Origin: Felis catus | Taxonomy: Eukaryota | Reading direction: 5' to 3' | Assembly: GCF_018350175.1 (NCBI RefSeq) | Contig: NC_058368.1 | Coordinates: 31,498,001 to 31,562,000, forward strand | Length of the DNA stretch: 64,000 nt | Shown here: piece after piece, positions 12,816 through 24,797 of the stretch | How positions within the stretch are numbered: position 1 is the first letter of the stretch | Layout: each line of letters begins with the position of its first letter | Notes under the pieces: generated by a model | Database searches by the model: none | What the model saw: the letters and a program-made list of their open reading frames with translations, nothing else | What the model was told of the DNA's origin: nothing | Position numbers and translations under genes: made by a program

Positions 12816-13564
12816 ACTATTTTTTACCCCACTGATGATATTTCAGCTCTAGCAACAAGCTCTAGTCACACAGATTATGGCAATAGCTTCTAAACTGCTC
12901 GCTTAAACTCTTGCTACTTTTTAATCCATTTATTAAATGGATTTTTTTAATAATCAGAATGAGATTTATAAACTAAAATTAACCACATAACATACTCATT
13001 TTATACACTACAATGGCTGATGTTCCTCACTAGATAGCTCTAAATACTTAGCAAAGCTAATTTTACCTTTATCTGACCTCTGTTTATATATTCATGTTAT
13101 ATATTCACCTCTTGCCACTACTTCGCCTCACTACTGACAATCCATACATTCCATTCTGCTGATTTCATTCTTGCTCTCCTTTACCTATAAGTTTTCACAC
13201 AGCCTTTGTATTTAGAAGACCTCTCCTGAATTCTCTTTGCTTGGTTAAATTGGATTCCTTCTTTGAACTTGACCATAGAGCTCACCTCCTCTAGAAAGCC
13301 TACCCTGATTATGCATCATTCTATCAGATTCTCCTCCTATAGGTATCCATAGCACACTATATCTCCCCCATCATTGCAGGTGTTAGCATAACAAAAATAG
13401 CTAACTGTTAGCTATATTTTATACTAGGATGAAAATTATATAAGTACATGTTCCATGCTGTCTGATTCATAAATAAATCTTCAGGTCCTTATCCAAAATC
13501 TGGCATATTGTATGTGTGCAACAACTGGTAGTTAAGTGTATGATATATGAAATGAACCCTTACT

Positions 13565-13754
13565 GGGGCACCTGGGTGGCTCAGCCAGTTGGGCATCTGA
13601 CTTTGGCTCGTCAAGATCTGGCAGTTCATGAGTTCAAGCCTCACATCGGGCTGGCTGCTGTCAGAGGAGAGTCCACTTCAGATCTTCTGTCCCTCTCTCT
13701 GCCCCTCACCACTTGCACTCTCTCAAAAATCAGTGAAACATTAAAAAAAAAAAG
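13565..13754 (+). mobile_element. Can-SINE
   Basis: GGGGCACCTGGGTGGCTCAG head and A tail. Perfect 16-bp TSD GAAATGAACCCTTACT. Confidence 0.95.
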
Positions 13755-15537
13755 GAAATGAACCCTTACTAAATTTAACTGGCTTTAGGCCCTAATTGGA
13801 TCTCACATGGATATTTATAATAGTCTCCTCCATTTTGTAACAACCACTTTGTCACACCTTAAATGTGTTATCCACTCCACAAGAAAGAGTAATCCATCTA
13901 AACACAATCTCACTTGCTAAAACCCATTAATGTCTTGCCGTAACCTACAAGTTGAATTCTAAACTTTATATTGTTTCATTCAGCAAGTATTTACTAATTA
14001 TATTTTTGTTCAAAGCACTGTGCTACATTGCTCAGTATTTCATCAAAGCTCATTCAGGATAAGATTGACCAATCTATCTCACTTCCTGTCCTTATACTTA
14101 ACGGTTACCAGTAGAATGGAAGCACTTCTTATCCAACACAATGAGAACACATAGTGACTCAATTATAAAAATCTGTTAAAGATTGAGTCATTAAGATTGA
14201 TAATAAATATATGTTTTAGGTATCTTAAGGCTTATAAATATAGACTCATTTACTTCTAATGTAGAGCTATAATCTTTTCTTTAAATATGTCAGCTGGTTT
14301 GAATTTTTATTAATATTTTTGCAGGAGCCAGACATAAAACATTTATGATTTCTAGTCAAATTCTTTAAGATAATAATCTCAAGGCATTTGAGAAGCAACT
14401 TGGATTTTCAATTAGTTAATATTTTCCCGATAATTTCTACTTGTTTTACCCACATCTAATTCAACAGCAAAGTTCTTTACTGATTCTTGTCATTTTAACT
14501 TTTGTATGAATGAATATCATGATATATTTAATGTAATTAAATAATTATCTTAATGCATTAATAATTGTTACAGGTGAACTTTGAAACAAAATAGAAATGA
14601 CTCTTTCTAAGTGTATAACTCAGCTAGCGGAAACAACAATGTTCTGAACAAGCCCACTGAGTAGGAAAGTTAACAGTTACAAGTATTACTGTGAGGTGGG
14701 CACAGATTGGTATATATTACAAAGGGAATGGAGAGAATTAGTCCAGCCAAGTAGAAAGTGATTTAAGGTGCTTCTCTTATATTCAGGTTCTAGTGGTTCC
14801 TACATCTAGCTCCACTTCCCTGCCATTACTGATCATATCTCTATGTATTCATTCATTCTGCCTGAAAAGCAAGCATTCAGACTCTGAATAGATATTAACT
14901 ATTCCATAAGACTCAATTTAGACCTCACTTGTCCTAGTGAGCCCTCCTCAATGCTCCTATAACACTCTTTGTATGCCCTCTATTATAACACTTTCCACAG
15001 TATACTGAAACTTTACATCTATTTGTAATTCTATTTTACATCTATTTGTAATTTACATCTATTTTTAATTTCATATTAGACATCAGTAATTAGGGGGTAG
15101 TTTTCATCTACATGCTTCTCTTAGCAACTTCCACAATTTCTGACACAAAGTTCACAGTTAATAATTATTTGTTAAACTGAAATGTTTGTTCCATTACCCA
15201 CCAAGAACATAAAACTTAAGCATTCCTTATTACTTGAGAATTTTCTAAATGCAAGATTTAAACTCTGAATTCCACCACTCTGACTACAATGGACTCTTCT
15301 TCTACTCCTCTTCCTGCTTCATCTAAATCTGCCTCATTTTAACATGAAGCCAACTCCTCTTTATCTTCCTAGTTGATCACTCTATTTCTGACTCCACTAA
15401 ATTTTCTAATTCAGTTGAAGTCAATTATTTGTATTCTCCAAAAAGTGGATTCACTGAAATGTGCTCTGTCCCTCTTCTCTTTTCCTGAGTCCGACTGTGT
15501 GATACCCCTTGCTTTTCACCTTCCCTCACAAATGTTA

Positions 15538-15758
15538 TTTTTAATTTTTTTTCAACGTTTATTTATTTTTTTGGGGACAGAGAGAGACAGAGCATGAACG
15601 GGGAAGGGGCAGAGAGAGAGGGGGACACAGAATCGGAAACAGGCTCCAGGCTCTGAGCCATCAGCCCAGAGCCCGACGCGGGGCTCCAACTCACAGACCG
15701 CGAGATCGTGACCTGGCTGAAGTCGGACGCTTAACCGACTGCGCCACCCAGGCGCCCC
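15538..15758 (-). mobile_element. Young felid SINEC_Fc
   Basis: CpG-rich and near consensus (GCCATCAGCCCAGAGCCCGACGCGGGG, GTGACCTGGCTGAAGTCGGACGCTTAACCGACTGCGCCACCCAGGCGCCCC). Confidence 0.97.
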
Positions 15759-16963
15759 AAATCATGTTAGCTGGAAAAGCTTACAAGACCACACTTGTTG
15801 GAACCAATACAAATTCTTGGTAACTCAACCTAATGGGAACTTTAATATTCTTTTCTTTTTTTTTTCTTTTTTTTTTTTGAGAACTGTCATTTTGTATTTT
15901 CAAAATTCCTTGTAATCCCAATCACTTCTACCTCCTCTTAGAGCTCTCCCTATTAACTTTCTCATCTCTCATTTGAATTTTCAATTTCTCTTTCTATTCT
16001 TTCCATCCCAATGGTTATCCATATTCTTGTATCTTAGTTATACTTAAAACATTCTTCCTGTATTAATGGGCATATACTTTTTTCCTTTCTCTAATACCAA
16101 GTTTGCTGAAAGTCAAGTCTATAAAATTGTCATGACTACCTGTTCTTTCTCACTAGACATTCTTTTTAATATAGTACTTAAGATATATAAGTATTACTGA
16201 AAACTCACCATTTTGTATAATGTGATGTCCATATTTATCACCTCATTTAAATCTTCAAAATATATCTATGAATTACTCTCATTTCTTCCACTTTCCTGAG
16301 CTTTAAAAATTTGAAGTAACTTGCCAGAGAACTTACAGTTATTTGACTTTTGCTTTCAATTAGCTGTAAAGCTTCTCTTTCAAAGGTCACTGGTGACATT
16401 TATTTTATTGAGGTAAAATTTACATAACATAAATTAACCGTTTGAAAGTTCAATTCAGTAGCATTTCATATCGTCTCAATGTTGTACAATCATCACCGCT
16501 TTCTACTTCCAAAATATTCTCATCACTTCGAAAGGAGACTCTGTATTCATTAAGCTGTAATTTTCTATTTCTCCCTTCCCCCCACTCCTGGTAACCAATA
16601 ATGTTTTTTCTGTACCTAGGGATTTAGCTAGTCTGGACATTTCAAATAAATAGAATCATCCAATATGTAGTTTTCCATGTCTGGGTTTACTCAGCATAGT
16701 GTTTTCAATGTTCATCTACATTATAGCTTGTATAAATAATACTTTATTCATTTTTGTGGTTAAAAACTATCTCATTGTATGGCTGTAACACATTTTGTTT
16801 ATCCATTCAAGCCCTGTTTGAGTTGTCTTCCCTTTTTGTCCTCCTATGAACATTTGTGTGTAAGTATATGTTTGATTACTACTTTCAATTCTTTTCAGTA
16901 TATATCTAGGAGTGAAATTGCTGAATTATATGTTAATATTTTGTTTAAATTATTGAAGAACTT

Positions 16964-17176
16964 TCAAATTGCTTTCCACAGTGATGGCACAATTGTATAT
17001 TTCCAACAGCAATGTCCAAATGTTCCAGTTTCTCCACATCCTTGCCAACCTTTATTTTCCTTTTTTTTTTTAATAGCCATCCTAGTAAGTGTAAAGTGGT
17101 ATTTCACTGTAGTTTTGATTTTCAACTCACTAATAATTAATGGTGTTGAACATCTTTTTATTTGCTTGTTGATCAT
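16964..17176 (-). pseudogene. L1 ORF2 C-terminal cysteine-rich domain remnant
   Basis: KRCSTPLIISELKIKTTVKYHFTLTRMA...GWQGCGETGTFGHCCW parallels L1 ORF2p [27 protein letters not shown]...CWRGCGEIGTLLHCWW. Confidence 0.9.
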
Positions 17177-17844
17177 TTGATTATTTTCATTGGAGAATTA
17201 TCTTTTCAAGTTCATTGGCCTATTTTTAATTGGGTTGTTTGTCTTTTTCTTGTTGAGTTGTAAAAGTTATTAATATATTCTGGATACTAGATATTTATCA
17301 GATATATGTTTCAAAAATATTTCCTTCCATTCTATAGGTTGTCTTTTCACCATATCATAGTGTCTTTTATGTGTAAAGTTTTTAATTTTGATAAAGTCCA
17401 GTTTATCTATTTTTTGTTGTTACTTTTGCTTTATGCCTAAGAATACATTGCCAGATACAAGGTCCGGAAGATTTACTTTTATATTTTTTTCTAAGAGTTT
17501 TATAGTTTAGCTCTTACACTTAGGTCTTTAATTCATTTGAGTTAATCTTTTATATGGCATAAAGTAGGGTCTATCTTTATTATTTTGCATATGGAAATTT
17601 AGTTGTCCCAACATCATTTATTTAAGAGACCATACTTTTCCCATTAAATGATCTTGATGCTCTTGTCAAAAATTATTTGAATAAAACTGTAAGGTTTATT
17701 TCTGGACTCTCAATTGTATTCCAGTGTTATATGTATCTATCGTACACCAGTACCACACATCATTGAATACTATAGCTTTGTAGTAAATTTTGAAATGGGG
17801 AATTGTGAATCTTCCAATTTGTTTTTCCTTTTAAAGACTGTTTT

Positions 17845-18009
17845 GGAGGTGCCTGAGTAGCTCAGTCAATTAAGCATCTGACTTCAGGTCAGGTCATGAT
17901 CTCACAGTTCATGGGTTCGAGCTCCATATTGGGCTCTGTGCTGTCAGCTCAGAGCCTGGAGCCTACTTTGGATTCTGTCTCTTCTCTCTCTACCCTTCCC
18001 CTGCTCATG

Positions 18010-18047
<38 letters not shown>

Positions 18048-18080
18048 AATAAATAAACATTTAAAAATATTAAAAAAAAA
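17845..18080 (+). mobile_element. Can-SINE within L1
   Basis: SINE head, B-box GGGTTCGAG, long (CT)n and A tail. Confidence 0.95.
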
Positions 18081-18335
18081 GGTTTTGGCTTCTCAGAGTC
18101 CCCTATAATTCCATCTGAATTTTAGGATAGGCATTTCATTTCTACCAAAAAGGCCAGGGGTTGGAGAAATATGTAGATTGATTGGATAAGTGTTGTCTTC
18201 TTCACAATATTGTCTTCTAGTCCATAAACATTGAATGTCTTTCCATTTACTTCTGACTTCTTCAATTTCTTGCAACAATGTTCAAACCACTAGTCTTCCA
18301 CATCCTTGGTTAAATTAATTCTTAAGTATTTTACT

Positions 18336-18531
18336 TGTTTAAGCTTATTTATTGAGAGACAAAAAAGAGAGCAGGGGAGGGGCAGAAAGAGAGGGAGAGA
18401 GAGAAACCCAAGCAAGCTCCTTGTCACCAGCACAGAGCCTGACTGGGGGCTTGATCCCACAAATTGTGAGATCATGACCTGAACGAAAACCAAGAGATGG
18501 ATGCTTAACTGACTGAACCACCCAGATGCCC
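18336..18531 (-). mobile_element. Can-SINE within L1
   Basis: Antisense SINE with degenerate TSD T(A/G)AGTATTTTA. Confidence 0.93.
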
Positions 18532-19894
18532 TGAGTATTTTATTCTTTTTGATGCTATTATAAATAGAATTGTTTCCCTAATTTTATTTTCAAAATTTTC
18601 ACTGCTAATGCATAGAAATACAACTGATTTTTTACTTGTTTATCTTGTATTCTGTAGCACTCCTGAATTTGTTTATTAGGACTAGTAGTCTGTGGACTCT
18701 TTAGGATTTTCTATATTAAAGATATATCATCCATGAATAAAGACAGTGTTGCTTCTTTTTTTTCCCATTTTGGATCTATTTGTTTTTTCTTTATCTTTCC
18801 TAATTGGGTTGGCTAGAACTTCCTGTAAAATGCTAAATAGAAGCAGTGAAAGCGTATCTTTGTCTTGTTCCTGATCTAACCTGGAAAGTTCTGTGCCTCA
18901 CCATTGGGAATGATATTAGCTATGAGTTTTTCTTAGATGCCCTTGATCGGGTAGAGGAAGCTTCCTTCTACTCCTTGTTTATTGTGTGTTTTTAATCATG
19001 GAAGATGCTGGATTTTGTAAAACTGCTTCTTCATCAATTGAGATAATCATGTGTTTTTTTTTCTTCATCCTATTAATATGGTGTATTTATTTATTTTAGT
19101 GTGTTCAACTACTCTTGTTTCCTGGGATAAATCCACATGATCATTATGTATAAACCTTTATAATATATTACTGAATTCAATTTATTAGTATCACACTGAG
19201 AGTTTTAGCATTTATATTCATAAAGGATTTTGTCTGTGTTTGCTTTTTGTTTTTGTTTTTCTTTTCTTGTGATCTCTTTGCTGTTGGTATTAGGATAATA
19301 TGGCTGCATAGAGCGATTTAGGAAGGATTCTTTCATCTTCTATTTTTTAGAAGAGTTTGGAAAGAAATGGTGTTGATTTAACTTGAAGTGTTTGGTAGAA
19401 TTCATCAGTAAAGCCAACTAGTCTTGAGCTTTTCTTTGTTGGGAGATTTTTTTATTACTGATTCCATCTCTTTACTGGTTATATATATTTCTACTTCTTT
19501 TTCATTCACTTTTGGTAATGTGTGTATTTCTATGAATTTGCCCATTTTATCTAGGTTATCCAAGTTGTTAGCATACAATCATTTATATTACTCTCTTAAA
19601 ATCCTCTTTCTTTCTATAAAATTTTAGGAACATCCTCATTTTGATTTTTTGCCAGCTTGGGTTTAATTTGCCCTTCTTTTTCTACTTCTTTAAGATACAA
19701 AATTAGGTGTTTGAATTGTGGTCATTCTTCCATATTAATGTCAACTTTTAAAGCTATAATTTTCCCTCTTATCACTGCTTTTGCTGCATCCTGTAATTTG
19801 GGGTGTACATGCTTTGGTTTTCATTTAGCTGCAGGTATTTTCTAATTTCTCTTATTTGTTGGTAAGCTATTACTTGTTTAAGAGTACGATGTTT

Positions 19895-20118
19895 GGGGCG
19901 CCTGGGTGGCTCAGTCGGTTGAGCGTCCGACTTCAGCTCAGGTCACGATCTCACAGTCCGTGAGTTCGAGCCCCGCGTCGGATTCTGGGCTGATGGCTTA
20001 GACCCTGGTGCCTGCTTCCATTCTGTGTCTCCCCCTCTCTCTGCCCCTCCCCCGTTCATGCTCTGTCTCTCTGTCTCAAAAAATAAGTAAAAGCGTTAAC
20101 AAAAAATTTAATAAAAAA
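19895..20118 (+). mobile_element. Young felid SINEC_Fc within L1
   Basis: CpG-rich GGGGCGCCTGGGTGGCTCAGTCGGTTGAGCGTCCGAC. TSD AAGAGTA(C/T)GATGTTT with one CpG-type mismatch. Confidence 0.97.
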
Positions 20119-20494
20119 AAGAGTATGATGTTTAATTTATGTATGTGAATTTTCTAGTTTTTCTCATGTTGTTGACTTACAGTTTTATCCCATTATAATC
20201 ACAAAATATGCTTTGTTTGATATGTATTTTGTGAAATCTTTTGAGACTGGTTTTGTGCTCTAACATATGGCTTATCCTGGACAATACTCCATTCACACTT
20301 GAAAAGAATTTCCATTTTTTTGTTTTCTGTGTAGAGTTCTATGTGTATCTGTTAGATCTAGTTGGTTTATACTGTTATTAAAGACCTCTCTATCCCTATT
20401 AATATTTCGTCTGGTTGTTCTGTTAATGAAAACAGAATATTGAGGTCTCCAACTATTATTGTATAATGGTCTATTACTCCTTTCAATTCTATCA

Positions 20495-20711
20495 TTTTAT
20501 TAAACTTTTTAAATGTTTATTTATTTTTTTGAGAGAGAGACAGAGTGTGAGCAGGGGAGGGGCAGAGAGAGAGGGAGACACAGAATACGAAGCAGGCTTC
20601 AGGCTCTGAGCTGTTAGTACAGAGCCCAATGCAGGGCTCAAACCCATGGCCTACAAGATCATGACCTGAGCTAAAGTTGGATGCATAACCAACTGAGCCA
20701 CCCAGGCACCT
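20495..20711 (-). mobile_element. Can-SINE within L1
   Basis: Antisense SINE with TSD TCAATTCTATCA. Confidence 0.95.
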
Positions 20712-22849
20712 CTCAATTCTATCAATTTTTGCTTCATATAATTTGGGGCTTTGTATTAATTAGGTTTATGTTTTAAATTTTATATCTTCTTGATTAATTC
20801 ATACTTTTATCATTATATAATGTCCTTTGTCTCTTTTAATGTTTTTTGACTTAAAGTCTATTTTTTTCCTGGTATTAATAAGCCTCTCAGCTCACTTTTG
20901 GTTAGTAGTTGCATGGAGTATCTTTTCCATCCTGTCTCATTTGCTGAGTCTTTCTTCAGCTTCCTTATGTCTGTTGATAAACCCATGTAATGAATTTTTC
21001 ACTTCAGTTATGGATATTTTAAGCTCCCAAATTTCTATTTATTTCCTTTTAAAATGTATGTATTTTTATTAATATTTTGTTGAGATATCATTCTCCTGGT
21101 TTCCTTTAGTTTTTGTTCAATGATTTTCTTGTGTTCTTTGAGTGTATTTAAGACAGATGATTTATGGTCTTTATGGAGTAAATGCAATATCTGGCTTTTA
21201 CTTGGGAAAAATACTGTTATTTCCTGTTTTCCTCTGAATGGTTTGTACTTTTCTTGTTTCTTCGTGTGTTTCATACAAAGGTATTTTTAATATTTTAATG
21301 TGGTAAATCTGGAAACCAGATTCTTCTCATTCCTCAGGGTTGGTTTTTCTTGTTTGCTCTCATTTGCAGTTGTTTTCTTAGCAACTTTTCTGAACTATTT
21401 TTTAAAAACTGTATTCTTTGTCATGTGTGATCCTTGATGTCCCAGACCTTTAGGTTGCAGTCAGCTAGCCATTTGATAGAGATTTCCTTAAATATTTCCT
21501 TAAATGCTTGAAACAAACAACAAACAAAAACCAACATTTTCTTTGTCTTTTGCAGATTTGCTCCTTCCTGGGGTACTTCTTCAAGTTGTAGTCAGGACAT
21601 TTACAATTCTGCCTTAGCATTCACTTCCTGTTTGTGCTCAGCATGAAGATCAGCTGAACTTGATCCAGTGTCTTCTCAGGTCTTGTATGAACATATCTCC
21701 TTCCCTGCTCATGCACCTAGCATTTTACATTTCCTATTATACACAAGAGAATTTCAAAGCCCTTATGCCCAAAGTAATTCTCTCCCCAGCTTTTCCTCCT
21801 AGGCTTTCAGCATGTTATTTCTTGTCCTCATCTATAATCTTGTGCCTCAGGTAACTATGGTTTGTTCATTTGTCTTTTAATGTTTTCGAGTAATGTCCTC
21901 CATGTAGCTGTCATTTTGCCTGGAAAGAGCTCCAAGTCAGGAGAAACAAAGGCAAATGCATTGTATTAGTCCTTTAAGGAATTCTCTGACAGTTCTAAAC
22001 GGATAACAGTTTTTTGTTTGTTTGTTTGTTTGTTTGTTGAAACAAGTTCTGCTCTGGTCCCTCTGGAACTAGGTGCCCACACTGGGAATATGGGCTAATA
22101 TATTCAAGAACAGTCATAGTGAGGACAGGGAGGAATGGGGGAAAATGTTAAAACATCATGAAGTCCTCCCACCAGGTTAAAGCTACCTTTTTCTTGATCC
22201 AGCACATTTTGTTGTTGTTGCTGTAAAACATCTATTATTTTCCAGAATTATGACAAAATTGATTCTATCAGTTTTTGCTTTTTTAGAGGGGAGGTATTTT
22301 ATGGAAGTTGGGCTCTTTGAATTCCCTAGTCTGTCATTTTTACTGACATCCCACTTGTGACTTCTTAATAACTACAGTCTCAGCTCTATAGAAATCTGAC
22401 TTATTGACCATATTTCTCCATCAGTCCCCTAGCTCCCACAATACTGAAATGTGTGCATATATATACATTTAAATAAAAGTATTTTCTTTGTTTTCATCAA
22501 ATCACTGTACTGTAAATTGCTCTCTAATTTTCTTTTACGCTCCTTTCCTAGACCATTACATCATTTTCATTTATTTCTCTATTGCATCTGCTTTATCACC
22601 TTAGCAATTTCAGGCTCTGGTCATGAGAATTTCTTAATCTGTATCTTCTTGCCTTCCTTTATTTCTCCTACTATACTTTCCTCTTCTGTTTATTTCCCCT
22701 TCCTTTTTCCACAAAGATTTGTTATGCATCTCACGGTTGTCAAGTATTATACTAGACTCGAGGGATTTAGAGATAAAATCGGCCTTTCCCTTAATTAGTT
22801 TGGAGCCTAATGAGAGATTTAGCAAACAAATAATTTTAACACTATTTAA

Positions 22850-23710
22850 TAATATTAAAATAGCAGTGATTACAGGGTCTCATAAGAAGAACTCATAAGG
22901 AGAAACACACACCAAGAGAATAAGGAAGACCTTAATGAGAAAGTGCTAATGGAGCCAAGTCTATAAAAGATAGATAGAATTAGTAAGAAGAGACAGTGTT
23001 ACAAAACAGCATATATAGAGGAGTCCCATGTTGTTAAATTATCATTGCACAAGTGGTACAATATAGGGAGAGGCAACAGCTAGGACTGGAGAGAGTGATA
23101 CTTGGTTGTCAGTTTTATTGTCTGCAACTCCATGGCTTTCCATGGCTTTACCCAAACCACCAGGCAAGTTAAACTGCTTCTTCACAAGGATGTCTATAGT
23201 ATATTCTAGATATTTCCATATAACTCTTTATGAGTAGTTATGTATATATCTATTTCTCCTTACTAAGACCAAAGAATCCCTAGAGACAAGCTCAATTTAA
23301 TTTTCTATTCCTCAGAAAATTCTCTGGCACAGAAAAAATACTCTATAGAACTTGTTGAATTGAATTCAATGTATGTATTTTGATTTCTGACCTCTTCCAT
23401 AAGATTATAAACTACATTTTCAACCACTTGCCATTTGGCTCACTGATAAGACAAACTCAGCATGTCAAAGTCCAACCTTATTCTTTTCCCAATTCTGAAT
23501 AAACCACATCTTCTAATCGTTTCCTTTATGTGTATGCTGCCAGCACTCCTCCCTCAGCTGTCTGTCCTTTAAATCTTATAGTGATCATTGATCTCTTCTC
23601 TAAAAAGGCTTCATATAGAATCAACACATAGCTGTCAATTTGACTGCTACAGTGAATCCTGAATCTTTTTTTTAATTTTTATTTTTTATTTTTTATTCTC
23701 TCACTGCCTC
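22850..23710. mobile_element. L2 fragments in both orientations
   Basis: CTGGCACAG...TTGTTGAATTGAAT 3' end and AAACTCAGCATGTCAAAG motifs. Confidence 0.45.
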
Positions 23711-24091
23711 TCAGGGTAAAATATTTAACTTGAGACATTTAATTTTATTGTCTATTGATGACAACTAGTAATTTTAAACCTTGACAGTAGCTAAGGATAA
23801 AAAGAATAAGGAGACATTTTAGAGTATTGATGCCAATTTTAATGGATATATTTTATCAGAATTTTAGGTCCAATTCAGAAACTTAAATTTCATATGTAAA
23901 TAGAGGATAAACAAAGGAGACAATGGGAATAGATATGACACAGCTGGAAAAAGAGGCAGATTTTTTTATGGATGGTAAAGTTTTAGATTTTTATTTTGTA
24001 GTAAGGTAAAATTCTTTTGAGGGAAATCATGCTTTAGGCAGAATGTATATTATATTGAGAATGGCCTGGAGTGAGAAAAGTACTAAAGATG

Positions 24092-24092
<1 letters not shown>

Positions 24093-24131
<39 letters not shown>
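24093..24131. repeat. (TTTA)n microsatellite at a SINE tail
   Basis: About 10 units adjoining the antisense SINE tail. Confidence 0.95.
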
Positions 24132-24134
24132 TAT

Positions 24135-24338
24135 TTTTTAACGTTTATTTGTTATTGAGAGACAGAGAGAGACAGAATGTGAGAAGGGGAGGGGTAGAGA
24201 GAGAGGAAGACACAGAATCTGAAGTAAGCTCCAGGCTCTGAGCTGTCAGCACAGGGCCTGACACTGGGCTCGAACTCACAAACCGCGATCATGACCTGAG
24301 CTGAAGTCGGTTAACCGACTGAGCCACTCAGGTGCCCC
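24135..24338 (-). mobile_element. Can-SINE (SINEC_Fc type)
   Basis: Antisense SINE ending TTAACCGACTGAGCCACTCAGGTGCCCC. Confidence 0.95.
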
Positions 24339-24573
24339 TATATTCATTTTTTAAATTCAAAATTCTTTTCCCTACCATAGATACAATGTTAGAAATGAAC
24401 ATTGGATTACTCAACTAGTTCACAATCTTATTAAAACAATAAAACGCCAAGATAATTAGATTATATATATTGGTCTTTAGAACACTTCAAGTAGTTCTAA
24501 TGTTGACAAAATAGTTTTTTCCACAGCTCTTACTATTTAATAACTCGTATCTCTTACAAGTTAATAATTTATT

Positions 24574-24797
24574 GGGGTGGCTGGGTGGCTCAGTCATTTG
24601 AGTGTCCAACTTTGGCTCAGGTCATGATCTCACAGTTTGTGGGTTCGAGCCCACATCAGGCTCTACCCTGACAGCTGAGAGCCTGGAGCCTGCTTAGGTT
24701 TCTGTGTCTTCCTCTCTCTCTGCCCCTCCCCTACTCATGGTCTGTCTCTCTCTGACTCTCAAAAATGAATAAACATTAGGAAAAAATTTTTAAAAAA
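24574..24797 (+). mobile_element. Can-SINE (SINEC_Fc type)
   Basis: Head, B-box, CT tract and A tail. TSD ACAA(G/T)TTAATAATTTATT. Confidence 0.95.

Larger units (their letters stand above)
11430..13550 (+). mobile_element. L2 LINE 3' region, fragmented by SINE, LTR and MIR insertions
   Basis: CTACTTGACATCTCC...GATGT...CAACTTAATGT, CTCAGCAAATGGCAATTCC and CACCTCCTCTAGAAAGCCTACCCTGA are L2 motifs. Confidence 0.7.
16402..22351 (-). mobile_element. L1MB-like LINE-1, internally deleted, both ends apparently retained, carrying four SINEs
   Basis: L1MB-type 3' UTR at 16402, ORF2 remnant peptides (16964-17176, 18093-18278), an ORF1 N-terminal remnant (21035-21274), putative 5' UTR to about 22350, and a degenerate TSD. 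Confidence 0.85.

Noticed and set aside
15845..16060. Poly(T) with an upstream AATACA on the minus strand, suggesting a processed pseudogene end
   Set aside because: No convincing TSD or coding remnant, and the adjacent sequence looks L2-derived.
16779..21274. ORFs resembling reverse-transcriptase-element proteins
   Set aside because: They are fragments or antisense frames of a dead L1, with many stops, frameshifts and SINE insertions.
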